From contig CM007989.1 of NCBI GenBank assembly GCA_002189035.1, forward strand, positions 4,960,001 to 5,024,000: 64,000 nt of DNA. Direction: 5' to 3'. This DNA comes from Utricularia gibba. Lineage: Eukaryota; Plantae; Magnoliophyta. Each line of letters starts with the position of its first letter. Within the stretch, counting starts at the first letter, position 1. Under the pieces are notes generated by a model. It saw only the letters and a list, made by a program, of their open reading frames with translations. It ran no database searches and had not been told where the DNA came from. Of this stretch, positions 1 to 11,509 are shown piece by piece. Both the position numbers and the translations under genes were made by a program.

Positions 1-1849
1 GTGGGGGTGGGGTATGGGCCGGCGGGGGGGGGGGGGGGGTCTGATGGATGGATTCTCCTCCGCGTAAACAAGGCAAGTGAAAAAGTGAGACGACCAGTGA
101 AAGCATGGGAATCCCGAGAAGACCGTTTTATTGCACACAAAATGGTCCTCAGATCCAATCCAATACCTCCCCACTACGCTTTCTTTCTTTCTTTTTTTTA
201 TTAAAATATATTAAGTTAACAAAAATAAAATTAGAATATTAATAGTATGCCAAACTAGTACGATCCAAGAATGTTTAATGCTATGCTAAATATACATGTT
301 TTCTAATAATTTGAATTTATATTATAACTTAATAAAAAATACAACAAAATTCCTTTAAAAAATCAAAGAGAATGGAGATATCTTGTGGATCCATAGTTTT
401 CTTTCTAAACCAATAGTTTTTAAGATCCTTGATTGAATTCAGATTAGATTCAATAGTTTTAATAAAATAGAAATTTAAAATATTAAATTAAAAACACAAT
501 TTGTGGTCATCTAGAAAACTTGAAAATAAGAATTGTCTTTCACACTAGAGAATAAAATTCAATCATGAACCAATATAACAAAACATGAAAAAAAAATTTG
601 CACCAAGCAAATAGTGACCAAAAATCATGAAGAATATGACTCTTTCTCTTGAATATTAAAATTAAAAAATGTAACCTCTTTTTCGCGTCCCATGATTGCC
701 TAGTGATTCGTTATACTGTTAAATATGTATTTATTTTATAGAAGAATATATACGATTAATGATATTGAATTTCAAAATATAAAATGCATTGAACATGTTG
801 AAATAACTATCACCAATAAAGTGGAATTCAAATATATTATGTCGAACACAAAAAAAAAACGTATATTCTATTATTTAGTTAAAAATTACAAAAAAAGAAA
901 GAGATATGATCAAAATAACAATAAAATTGTCTTCACCTAAAAAAATGATGATGCCAAGTGAAATTAAGGTTTATAAATATAATGCTTTGACATAGAGTAG
1001 CACCAGTTGTGTGCATGTGTGGATATGGTATTCTAACCCATGGGCCTCCCTGGGCTCACTCACATCCAAAGCTTTTGAATTAAATGCGACACCGCACCGC
1101 CCACTCGGATGCATCACATATCTAGATTTTGTTTTTGACAAGTGATTTTAGTAGAATATAAGTTAGTTTTCTCAATTTTCGTAAAAATAATATTTTTATT
1201 TATTAATAAATATCATTCGAGCTTGATAATAAAATTATTTCAAGAGATAATTTTTCACATGAATAAATTGTTCCAAATAATGAGTTTTACTCTCACCTAT
1301 GGATCCATCGCCTATTCCACTTAATTATTATTGTTTTTTTCTTTTTCAATAGTAGCTATTATTTAAAAATCTCACCACCGTATGGTATGAGTGTAAAAAA
1401 AAACTCGAGTACCAGATTTGTTAATGGTCTAACGATTACTTGGGGACGATGTTATCTTTTTGTGTCGTAGTGCATTAGAGAGAAAAGAATAGATGACTAG
1501 ATTTGTAAATGATACAACTATTACTTGGGGGTAGTTATTTTTGGGGTTCATTTTGAATAATTACCGTCCTATAATATGGGATTTGAGAAAATGACACGAT
1601 TTTGATGTTTTATTTGAGCAATCATGATATTTTATTATTGAATTTAAAATATCTACATTGCAAAAAGTCCTATGATGTCACTATGTATGCATCGTCTATG
1701 TAATATATTTTTTTAATTTATCTCTATTTATTTATTAATCAAAGTAAATGCCATTTGATTGCACGCCACTCATTCCGATTCCAAACCAATCTGCTCCACT
1801 TTTGTTTGCATGAACTATTATCAATCAGTTAATTTATAAAAGAGTAGAT

Positions 1850-3180
1850 TTAAGTCTTATGTTTATCTTGTTAGATGGACTTAAAAAAGAATTTCTATAT
1901 AAATATTTTATTTAAAATTTTCAAAATTATTTTCAAATATTTATCTCATCTATGAATTTTAGAGCAAATCATTATTTTTTTGACTTATTCTTGGGTTCAA
2001 ATTTGTGCCCTCTTAAACCTATAAATTATTGGGTTATGATTTATTCTTAAATTGTTGTAAAAATATCCTAAAAATCACAAAATAAATTCTTTTCAAAAAG
2101 ATTAAATTAGTGCAAAAGATGAAAAAGAAATCAAAAATATTGAAACAATGAGGTATAAGATAAATGAAAACTTAATGATAATTCAATAATTGCATAAAAA
2201 TCGTCGAAGTAATAAATAAAGATTGATTTCATGAAGAATTGATTAATTTTGAATTTTCTAAAATGACTCAAATCAAAGTAAAACAATTTTGAAAAAAATA
2301 TAAATAAAAATTTTGGATCAAGGATCCACCATGCTAAAACTCACTCCTCATGCATATAAATGTGAAAACTTTGATAACTAACTTGCATGCACAACTTGTA
2401 TAGATATTATTCTAGAATAGTTCTAATTGGTAATTATTATACCATCGTTTCTTATTTAGTAGTGTTATAGAATTAACAACATCATCAAAATCATTTACAC
2501 TTTCATAAATAGATTAGATCAAACGTGTCTTATCAATGATGTTCGAATGAATCATTTTCTTTAGGTAATTGAGGTGAATCCAAAATTCTTTTACACTACT
2601 TTAGTTTATATAGTACTAAAGAATATGCTATTAAAGAAAATGTTGCAAAAAACAAAAATAAATTTCAAATTAAATATCGAAAAACATAATAAAACAATTA
2701 CATGTTCAGGCTTATGTAAGAAAAACTTCACTACAAATCTTTAAGTGCAACTAACTATATGCACATGCTTGATTTTAATATGAATATAAATACAAAATTA
2801 TAGAAAAAAAAAAGAAAATTGTTCAAAGACATATTTAATAGCAGAGAGAATCGAGTATTTATATTAGAAAAAATCTGAATCATATGTTGGACTTACTTAA
2901 TGAATTTAGATAATATTTGCTATCTAAATATTTTTATTAAATCTTTTAAGATCATTTTTAAATCCTTATTTTAATTGTTATCTTGATTTCTGTTTAAATT
3001 GATTCAAAAAATGATTTAACAATCTATAAAATATATATTTTTTTCAAAAAAAATCAAATTTGTGTAAAATATGTAAAATAAGTTGAAAATAATGAAAAAT
3101 TGAAGTGTAATATATGTAAAAAAAATCCTCAAAAATGATGAAAAAATATATTTTGATACAAAATCACTTATCAAAAATAA
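1850..3180. repeat. AT-rich dispersed repeat family shared with 58990-61130
   Basis: 2215-2680 matches 58990-59540 (ttttggatcaaggat.. ccatgctaaaa). 2740-3180 and 1850-2230 match the right arm 60620-61125 (aatgaatttagataa...atctaaa). Confidence 0.65.
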
Positions 3181-4159
3181 CATTCAAGATTGATTAAAAA
3201 ATATGTTTCAAAATGATACAAAATCAATTACTAATATGTAATCAACTAAAAAGGTGTGAGATAAGTTTTTTTTTATTGTGGAATCAGAGTATTTAGAAAA
3301 AATAATGAGGTTATATTTTTAGTGAAAAAAAATCAACATAACAAGCTATATTTTTAAGAATAGTATCTTATAGTAAATTAAAATACAAAATATCAAGTTA
3401 TTGATATTTCAATTGATTAAGAAAAGCAATATATTGATAGCATTTTACATTTGTTAGTGTACTTGCAATTAATTAATTTATTTTAATAGATTAATGAAGT
3501 ACGTGGGAGGTTCAAACAATTATGATTTTTTTAACATGATTATTGTTTTTTTAAAAAAACTCGTTATTTTTATCTCTTGTATAATTAAGTAATTTTTATA
3601 CTTTCAAAAGATAGTGGCCCAAAAACTAGTACAAAAATGAAGCAACGGCCAAGGACTATTGAGGGTAAAAATCAATATTCGAAAATAATGGATTGAATCC
3701 AAGATTCGATCCAATGATTTTTAATTAACAATCTGAAAAGAGGAATAAATAATGGAAAATAGCATAACCTTTACACATGAAAGAAAAAAAAACATAATTC
3801 AGCTTTGGAAAATGGTGCTCATCTCATCTCCTCTTATCCAGAGAGGAGGGGTGGGTGCCTTTTAGAGATGCCCATCAACGAATCTTCAAAGACGGAATGT
3901 TCTGGATAAATAAATATGCGTTTTGGATCGCAATAAATAACAATAATAATAAAAAAAAATGGAATGGTATGATGAGAAGGTGAACGAACGAACGCATGCC
4001 TGAAGGGGAGGGAAGGGCATCTATCCATGTATTAGCTGTCAACCATCCCGAAAGCAAAGAGAACACACAGCAAACGCCAAAATCACAACATTATTTATTC
4101 TATTTCTCATGCTTTTTTTATTATTTTTATTCGAAATGGAAAATGAAATTTTTTCCTGA

Positions 4160-4290
4160 TTCCCATTTGGAGAAGATGGGGCCCCATGAAGGTGTGCGCA
4201 ATCCGATTTGTACGGTGATAGGGCCCCGCATGGATTATGGCCCAATACGAAATCTTAAATGGGCCTGAAATCAAGCCCATATGAGACTGC
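4160..4290 (+). promoter_or_regulatory. Cluster of site II-like (TGGGCY/GGCCCA) elements in the G3BP-like gene promoter
   Basis: ggggcccc, gggccccg, tggcccaa, tgggcctg and aagcccat lie within ~130 bp just upstream of the CT-rich 5' UTR exon (exon ends 4432; intron 4433-4869). A telo-box (tagggttt) occurs in the 5' UTR intron near 4773. Confidence 0.5.
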
Positions 4291-4885
4291 ATAGCTGGAG
4301 TCAGCCTGGCTTGAGATTTCTAAAAAGCTTTTTTGCCTCCTCTTTTTACTCCTCTACGGTTGCCTTTCTCCCCCCACTCTCGTCTGACAATCACCGCTGC
4401 CTCCGCCCTCAGATCGCAATTCCTTCAATCAGGTAAAATTGTTGTCTACAACCAAATCGAAGGAATCTCTGTCGCGGTTCGATTTTTTCTGTCTGTATGT
4501 GATTTGTTCCAGTTGCGCGATCGCCTCTGTGCAGTGACCAATGGGTATCACTTGATGTCTGTATACGCTTGTTTTGGTGGCCTTTTTGCATTTTTCTTTC
4601 GGGCCGATGGTATTTTTCGTTTCTTTTAGGTTTCTCTGTTCACGATTAGATCTGTTGGTTGGGATGTGAAATACTCTTTACGATTTGAGATTTTTGGGTA
4701 TGTTGGTATCTGACAATTTTGGTGTCTGTTGTGTGGCATTTAGGGTGAGGTATATGTAGTGATCATGTTGTTAGGGTTTGAACATCCACTAGGCTACTAT
4801 TATCTGTTGTTATAGCTTCGCATTATTATGTTCTTTTGTCTATGTGGTCCATGCTTATATTGATTGCAGTTCCCTCTCGTCAGGA

Positions 4886-6851
4886 ATGGCCGCAGATAAT
4901 CCAGCACCGGCTCTTAGTGCTCAGGTGGTGGGAAATGCTTTTGTTGACCAGTATTACCATGTTCTACACCTTAATCCTGAGATGGCTTGCCGATTTTATC
5001 ACGAAAATAGTGTTCTGAGTCGCCCTAATCATGATGGATGCATGATAAGTGCAACAACTGTTAAGGTAAAGTCACTAGTATGTGGATACTTTAGAGAAGT
5101 ATATTTGATTCTTATCACATGAATGACATAACTAACATTTTCTATGCTCTCATTGTTCCATAGAGCATAAATGACGTCATATGCTCATTGGACTACAAGA
5201 ACTACAAGGCAGAAATAAAAACTGCGGACGCGCAGTACTCTTACAAGGATGGGCTTGTTCTTCTTGTAACTGGATCCTTGACTGGAAATGACCATCAGAA
5301 AAGAAAATTCACCCAGACCTTCTTCCTTGCTCCTCAAGACACTGGGTACTTTGTTCTGAATGATGTTTTCAGATATGTGGATGAAAGTAAAACAGATGCT
5401 GACTCTGGGTTGGATGTTGGAATCGATACCAGAAAGTCAATCACTTTGACTCCTGATCCAGGTCAAATATAGTTGTGACTCATTATCAAGCATTTCATCA
5501 ATATAAATGACGTCAATTCTATATTACTAACACTATTTTATATCGAAATCTTGTATACAGAGCCCCCTCATGTAGTTGATCCTCCTCAGACTGAACTTCC
5601 TACCGCTGCCATTGAGGATATTGAGGTTTCTGGAGAGAAAGATGATGTAGAAATAGTTGATGAGGAAGCATCCACTCTAGAAAAAGACACAGTTGTGGAA
5701 CCTGAGCCCCTTGAAAATGTGAATCATGTGCCATTAGATTCTGAAGCCGATAAATCAGCTTCTGAGGAGAGTACATCCAAAAAGTCCTATGCCTCAATCG
5801 TTAGTTCACAGACAAAGAAAGGACCCACAAAAGTCTATGTTCCCGCCACCTCAGCTAGGGCGGCTCCTACAAAAGTAGAAAGCCAACCTGCTATTCAAGC
5901 TGCAGAAGTTTCAACCTCCGAAGCATCCTCCCATCCAACGGCCATCCCTGCGTCAGAAATTCAAGATAATCATAATGAGGGTAACCTTTTATTCACTTCT
6001 AAAAGGAAAATTCATCGTGTGCATTACCAAGTTGAAAAAGGCTAGAGATTTCATACATCTATTAATTTTCATAGATGAAGGCCGCTCCATCTACATTCGA
6101 AATTTGCCTCTAAATGCAACGGTTGCTCAGCTTGAAGCCGAGTTTACTAAATTTGGACCCATAAAGACTGATGGGATCCAAGTCAGAAACAATAGGGTTA
6201 GCATTGAATCTATCTTGCTTCAAGTTTGTTTGTTCGGCACGTGCTAACTCATTGATTGAATGTTCTTCATTTCCAGGCACAAGGATTCTGTTTTGGGTTT
6301 GTTGAGTTTCGAGAACTCAGCTCCATGCAAAGTGCAATCAAGGTTTAAATTCCTTTTTTTTTTTTAATTGTATCTACGTTATGCTGATAGTGCTTCTTTG
6401 ATTATAGAGCATGGTACAAGCAATTCTTGCTGTTGCTAATGATGTCAACCGTGCTTTGCCTTGCAGGCTTCTCCTATAACAATTGGAGACCGTCAAGCTG
6501 TTGTCGAGCTCAAGAGGGCAACATCTCGAGGTAAGCCGAAGCAGTGGTGACTGTTCGTTGTATTCTACCACACGTCTTGCCTGCTAGCCTCAGTATCAAT
6601 TTGCATGCTGTTTCTCTGCAGTCGGTGGTGGAAGAAATCGTTTTGCTGCCACTCGTGGCAGTTTCCGTAACGAAAATTTCAGGGGGCGCGGAAGTCTTGG
6701 TGGTGGTGGTCGAGCTTATGTGAGAACCGATGCCAGCTTCCGCGAGCGGGGAGGCAACACTGGTGGCCGCACCGGTGATGCCTTCAATCAGGGAAGAGTT
6801 AGGGGCAGCAGTCGCCCGCCAGGCCCAGATTCAAACCTGGTCACCAACTAA
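4886..6851 (+). CDS. G3BP-like NTF2-domain RNA-binding protein (NTF2 + acidic linker + RRM + RGG)
   Basis: Exons 4886-5065, 5164-5461, 5561-5980, 6075-6196, 6277-6342, 6467-6530 and 6622-6851; all introns GT-AG with consistent phases. NTF2 motifs VGNAFVDQYYHVLH and FTQTFFLAPQDTGYFVLNDVFRYV; RRM SIYIRNLP...GFCFGFVEF; C-terminal RG-rich tail ending TAA at 6849-6851. Confidence 0.95.
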
Positions 6852-7145
6852 ATTAAGTCTCGCGGTAAATATTGAATTTTTTCTAGGAGATGATTAAACG
6901 AGACAGTAAAAGAGTTGATCGTTCTTTAGCTGTTTAGACTATTCTTTTTGGCGAATGTTGAGCATGGTACTTAATTGAGGGGTGGGGTTGAAATAAATCT
7001 TGAAGAGACAAACAGGCTCATTTTTAGTCTTTGCAAATGAGAAGCAGTAGACCTTTTAACAAACTCCTGCAGTCTTCTGCAGAGACAACTGCATTTTGCT
7101 TCTCATTTCCCGACAAAGCCAACTGCAGATATCATCCCCGTTGTA

Positions 7146-7440
7146 TCAGCAAGACCAGACCAAATGGAGAAATAGGTCCCCTTGCACAGTGGTGAAGAGC
7201 TGCCTTGCCTCAGCGGCATGCACGCCCATGCCACACTGTTGAACCCATTCGCATAGGAAGAAAATGAAGGGGCGAGTGCCTTCTTGTCTGATACCCATCA
7301 CTCCATAACTACAAACATCTGCCTTGCCGGAAACGCGGCATGTCATTGCACATTTGGGTGCAACATCTGGCAGATGTGCATTGTAGACTTGCAGCCTTCA
7401 TCCAACAAGATTTTACGTCACGATCATTTAAGTATCTATG
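7146..7440 (-). pseudogene. RPK2: Degenerate fragment of the LRR receptor-like kinase RPK2/TOAD2 kinase C-lobe
   Basis: Across frameshifts and deletions the minus strand reads [72 protein letters not shown] and LHLVWSC. This matches the RPK2 sequence as I recall it ([22 protein letters not shown]...[30 protein letters not shown]). Confidence 0.85.
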
Positions 7441-7720
7441 TGTAAGAAGCTTGAATATTCATTGAAGTTCAGCCATATTCAACATATCAACATCAAAACC
7501 ATATAGCAACATGAATCTCAATCCTGGATAGAAAAGGGATAATCAATACTATGTGGTCTGTAAAAAATCCTGTCATATGCAGGACAACTGTTTTACTATC
7601 AACAAACCACCACCATGGTGGAGAAAGAAAGGAGCCAGAATTGGTGAGCAGTTTCAGAAAAATGTCGCGTATGGTTATGAGAATACATAGATCCTCTAGA
7701 CTAAGCATGAACCATGAGAC

Positions 7721-10700
7721 TGTTGGGTTTCTCATAGACATTGTATGTCCTCATTATAGTGGAATTTAAAATTTTTTGAGAAACCCTAAACACAGATCTT
7801 GGAATACGGTATACGTCAGACAAAGGGATACTGTGAATATCTTTCAGAGCACTCCATTGTTCACCAACCGCTAATAACATATGGCCTCTATGGTATCCAC
7901 ATGTGAACCACTCCGTCAATAACCTTCTAAAGGCAATAGGAGGATGGTCGATCTCTTCAGGTGCTAGTAGAGAAAATCGCCCTCTTACGGATCAATATCA
8001 GAGAGCATGAAGATATGGGAAGATCTGTAGATTGAATCTTTCTAATAGATATTTGGTAACATATCAAATCAAATCTCCGTAAAGATCTTATCTTTTGGAA
8101 ATACATATATATTCCAAATCTTACCTATATCAGATATTTTATTTTGAGTTTAATCAATATTAATTTCAAAATAACTTTATTTAATTTATCCACTTTACCA
8201 ATTACATCTCATGTAATTGTGTCATTGTATTTTATATCGATGATTGACTCCACTATTGTGTGTGATCCTATAAGCTTCTTCAATCAAAGCCGTAATAATG
8301 GATTTATTAATTAACTCTTAATTAATCAAATCTATCATTATCGATTATGAGTGATATCTATCAATATATCATGATTCTCAAAATGTAAGAATAATCAGGT
8401 GATTGAGACTTTCTTTGACCAGCCACCATGCAATAAACAGTTTTCATCATACTTATATCTCATTCGATACTAGAATATGAGTGTGTCTTTTTGATATATC
8501 GAACTTATAATTACATTTAAGCACTAACACTCAATGACCTATTCAAACACTTCAAGTATCATTACCCTGGGTCCAAGACTTACTGTTAGGCTTTGATGCA
8601 ATTACTTGAGATAAGATCTCATAGCTAACATGAGTGATGAATCTTTTATTGATCAATCAATTATCCTAAACTTAAGGAGTCATATACCTTCTCATCCATA
8701 CTAGGCAAGTCATGGTTAGACTCTCATTAGTAATGAGCGAAAATGCGAGCTTAAGATCAATATAACTTTGTTGACCTCAAGTCTAACCTTACTTGCACGC
8801 ACGGTAGTCATATTCGAGATATTACTAGTGACACTTGATTAGCTTCCCATAATAGCATCTAGAAGTTGCACTTCTTAATGTTAGCATACAGACATTCCTT
8901 TCTCAACGCAAGTAGCACATCACTTAAATGACATGTATGTTTATCCAATTTTTTACTATACACAAGAATATCATCAAAGTAAACAACAACAAATTTTCCA
9001 AGAAAAAGACGCAGCACATGATTCATCAATCTCATGAAATACTAGGTGCATTAGTCAATCCAAAAGGCATAACCAACCATTCTTTAATAATATCCACTAT
9101 GTAAATCAATCTTAGAGAAAATGGATGATCCATGTAATTCATCTAACATATCATCAAGCTTAGGTATAGAATGACTGTACTTAACCATTATTTGGTTGAT
9201 GACCTGTAGTCCATACACATTCTCCATGTTCTATCATGTTTTGGCATTAATATCACTTGAACGGAGTATAGACAAACACTTTCCCTCACCAACACCTTTT
9301 CCATGAGTTCTTCCACTTGGCGTTGTATCTCTTTGGTTTCTTCTGGGTTGGCCCTATAAGCTGCATGATTTGAGATTTGAGAACCTGGAACAAAGTCAAT
9401 TTGATGTTCTATTCCTTTGTATGGTGGTAATTCAGACAACTCTTTAGGAAAAACATCATTGAACTCCTACAAAACAAGTTTAATATAAGTAGAAAGATCC
9501 TCTTGGAGGTTAGACTTGTATGAAAAAGGCTCTTTAAACAAGAGCAAATGAAATGGGTTTCTAGCATACAACATACTCTTCACATCACTCATACTTCCAA
9601 TAAGGTACTTCATTTATTTTTTTTTTCACTACTTCTTCATTCCCCTCTTTCTTTTCACTCTTGTTTTTTGATGTTCTTTTTCTTTCTCGAGATTTCTCTT
9701 TTTTCTCTCTAAGGCTCTCATCTCTCAACTATCTAGAAAATTTGATAGCAATAGCAATCTTTATTTGATCTTCATGTGTCTCTTTTATAGATAAAGGCAC
9801 CAAAGTAATTGGTTTTCTCTTCATGGAGAAGGAATACTTGTTAGTATATCCATCATAGATCACCTTTTATCATACTACATCACAAAGAAGGTATTCTGAT
9901 GCTTTTCAATTGAGAAAGTAACAAGAACTTATTTAATAACCTTCACTTCACTCTCACTATTGGAGTGTATATGGATGTGAATGCTTTAGAGTAGGAAGTT
10001 GAAGTTTGTTCACCATGAGAGAACTAGCAACATTAGTGCAATTGCCTTCATCGATTATTAGGCTGCAATCCTTCTTATTCACGAAGCATCACATATAGAA
10101 TAAGTTCTCTTGTTATTCCTCCATAGGCTTAGCATTCATGGCCAAAGTCCGTCTAGTCACCAAACTTTCACCAACAATAGGTTGTTGCTTCTCATTATTA
10201 ATCTCTTCTACTTCACTTCCACTTTCACTCTCAACTTTTGATTCAATATCTACATAATCCTTCACTATCATGGTCTGTCGATAACCTTCTCAAGGCTGTA
10301 GAATGTTGATTGATTTGCTCAAATGCTAGTAGATTAAATCGCTCCCTTGTGAATCAATCTTTGAGAGAACGAAGATAAAAATCTCTGCGGATCAAATCTT
10401 TCTAATAGATATTTGATAACATATCAAATCAAATCTTCGTAAAGATCTTGTCTTGTGGAAATACATATATGTTCCAAATCTTATCTATATTAGATCTTTT
10501 ATTTTGAGTTTAATCAATATTAATCTCAAAATAACTCTCTATTTAATTTATACACTTTACCAAATACATCTCATGTAATTGTATTATTCTATTTTATATC
10601 GATAATTGACTCCACTATTATGTGTGACTCTATAGGCTTCTTCAATCAAGGTCGTAATAATGAATTTATTAATTAACTCTTAATTAATTAAATCTATCAT

Positions 10701-11509
10701 TATCGATCATGAGTGATTTCTAGCAATATATCATGATCCCTTAAGATGTAAGAATAATCAGGTGAACTGATTGAGCCTTTCCATGACCAACCACCATCAT
10801 CATACTTATATCTCATTCGATACCAGAACATGGGTGTGTGTTTTTCTGATGTATCAAACTTATAATTGCATTTAACCACTAAAACTCAATGACCTACTCA
10901 AACACTTTGAGTGTCATTACCTTGCGCCAAGAACTTACTGTTAGTCTTTGATACAATTACTTGAGGTAAGATCTCATAGCTGACATGAGTGATAAATCCT
11001 TTATTGATCAATCAACTATCTCCAATCATAAGGAATGACATCCTTTCTCATCCATACTAGGCAATTCATGGTTAGACTCCCATTAGTAATGAGTGAAAAT
11101 GCGAGCTTAAGATCAAGATAACTTTGTTGACCTCAAGTCTAAGCTTACGTGCACGGCTGCTACATTCGAGATATTGCTACTAATACTTGATTAGCTTCTC
11201 ATAGTAGCATCTTGAAGACGAGTCATCAAGTGAATCGATTCTCTAATTGACACCCAAACATAGGTTCTAGTAATCTCATTACATCAATTGTGAGAACCAT
11301 TGCTTAAACAGTTTAGGAAACTCTATATGTGCCAGCTTATCTGTATTTGTGATATCCTCATTTCACAAATAATCTAGTTAGGGAATTTTTAACTGAACAT
11401 AAATGCTTGAAGAATCTCACATTATAATCTCATCATAATTTCTATAGCACATAGATTAAGTAGAGGATTTTGCCAATGAGTTGATTTCTCTAGAACACAT
11501 ATACCAACA
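7721..11509 (-). mobile_element. LTR-bounded insertion (two partial copies of a ~1.4 kb LTR, Angela-like by terminus) with 5-bp TSD
   Basis: Termini TGTTGG...CCAACA flanked by GAGAC at 7716-7720 and 11510-11514. 7914-~8860 and 10276-~11216 are ~950-bp direct repeats. The minus-strand start TGTTGGTATATGTGTTCTAGAG resembles Angela/BARE-type LTR starts, so the lineage call is inference. Confidence 0.8.
8861..10275 (-). mobile_element. Ty3/Gypsy (CRM-like) pol fragment: protease to RT
   Basis: Minus strand: SLIIDEGNCTNVASSLMV (protease), ELPPYKGIEHQIDFVPGS, WRMCMDYR, WLVMPFGLTNAPS, FVVVYFDDILVYS (RT YxDD motif). Frameshifted and with stops. Confidence 0.9.

Noticed and set aside
3968-4002. C-box (ATGATGA) and D-box (CTGA) pair suggesting a snoRNA
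   Set aside because: Only ~35 nt apart, with no terminal stem or guide complementarity seen.
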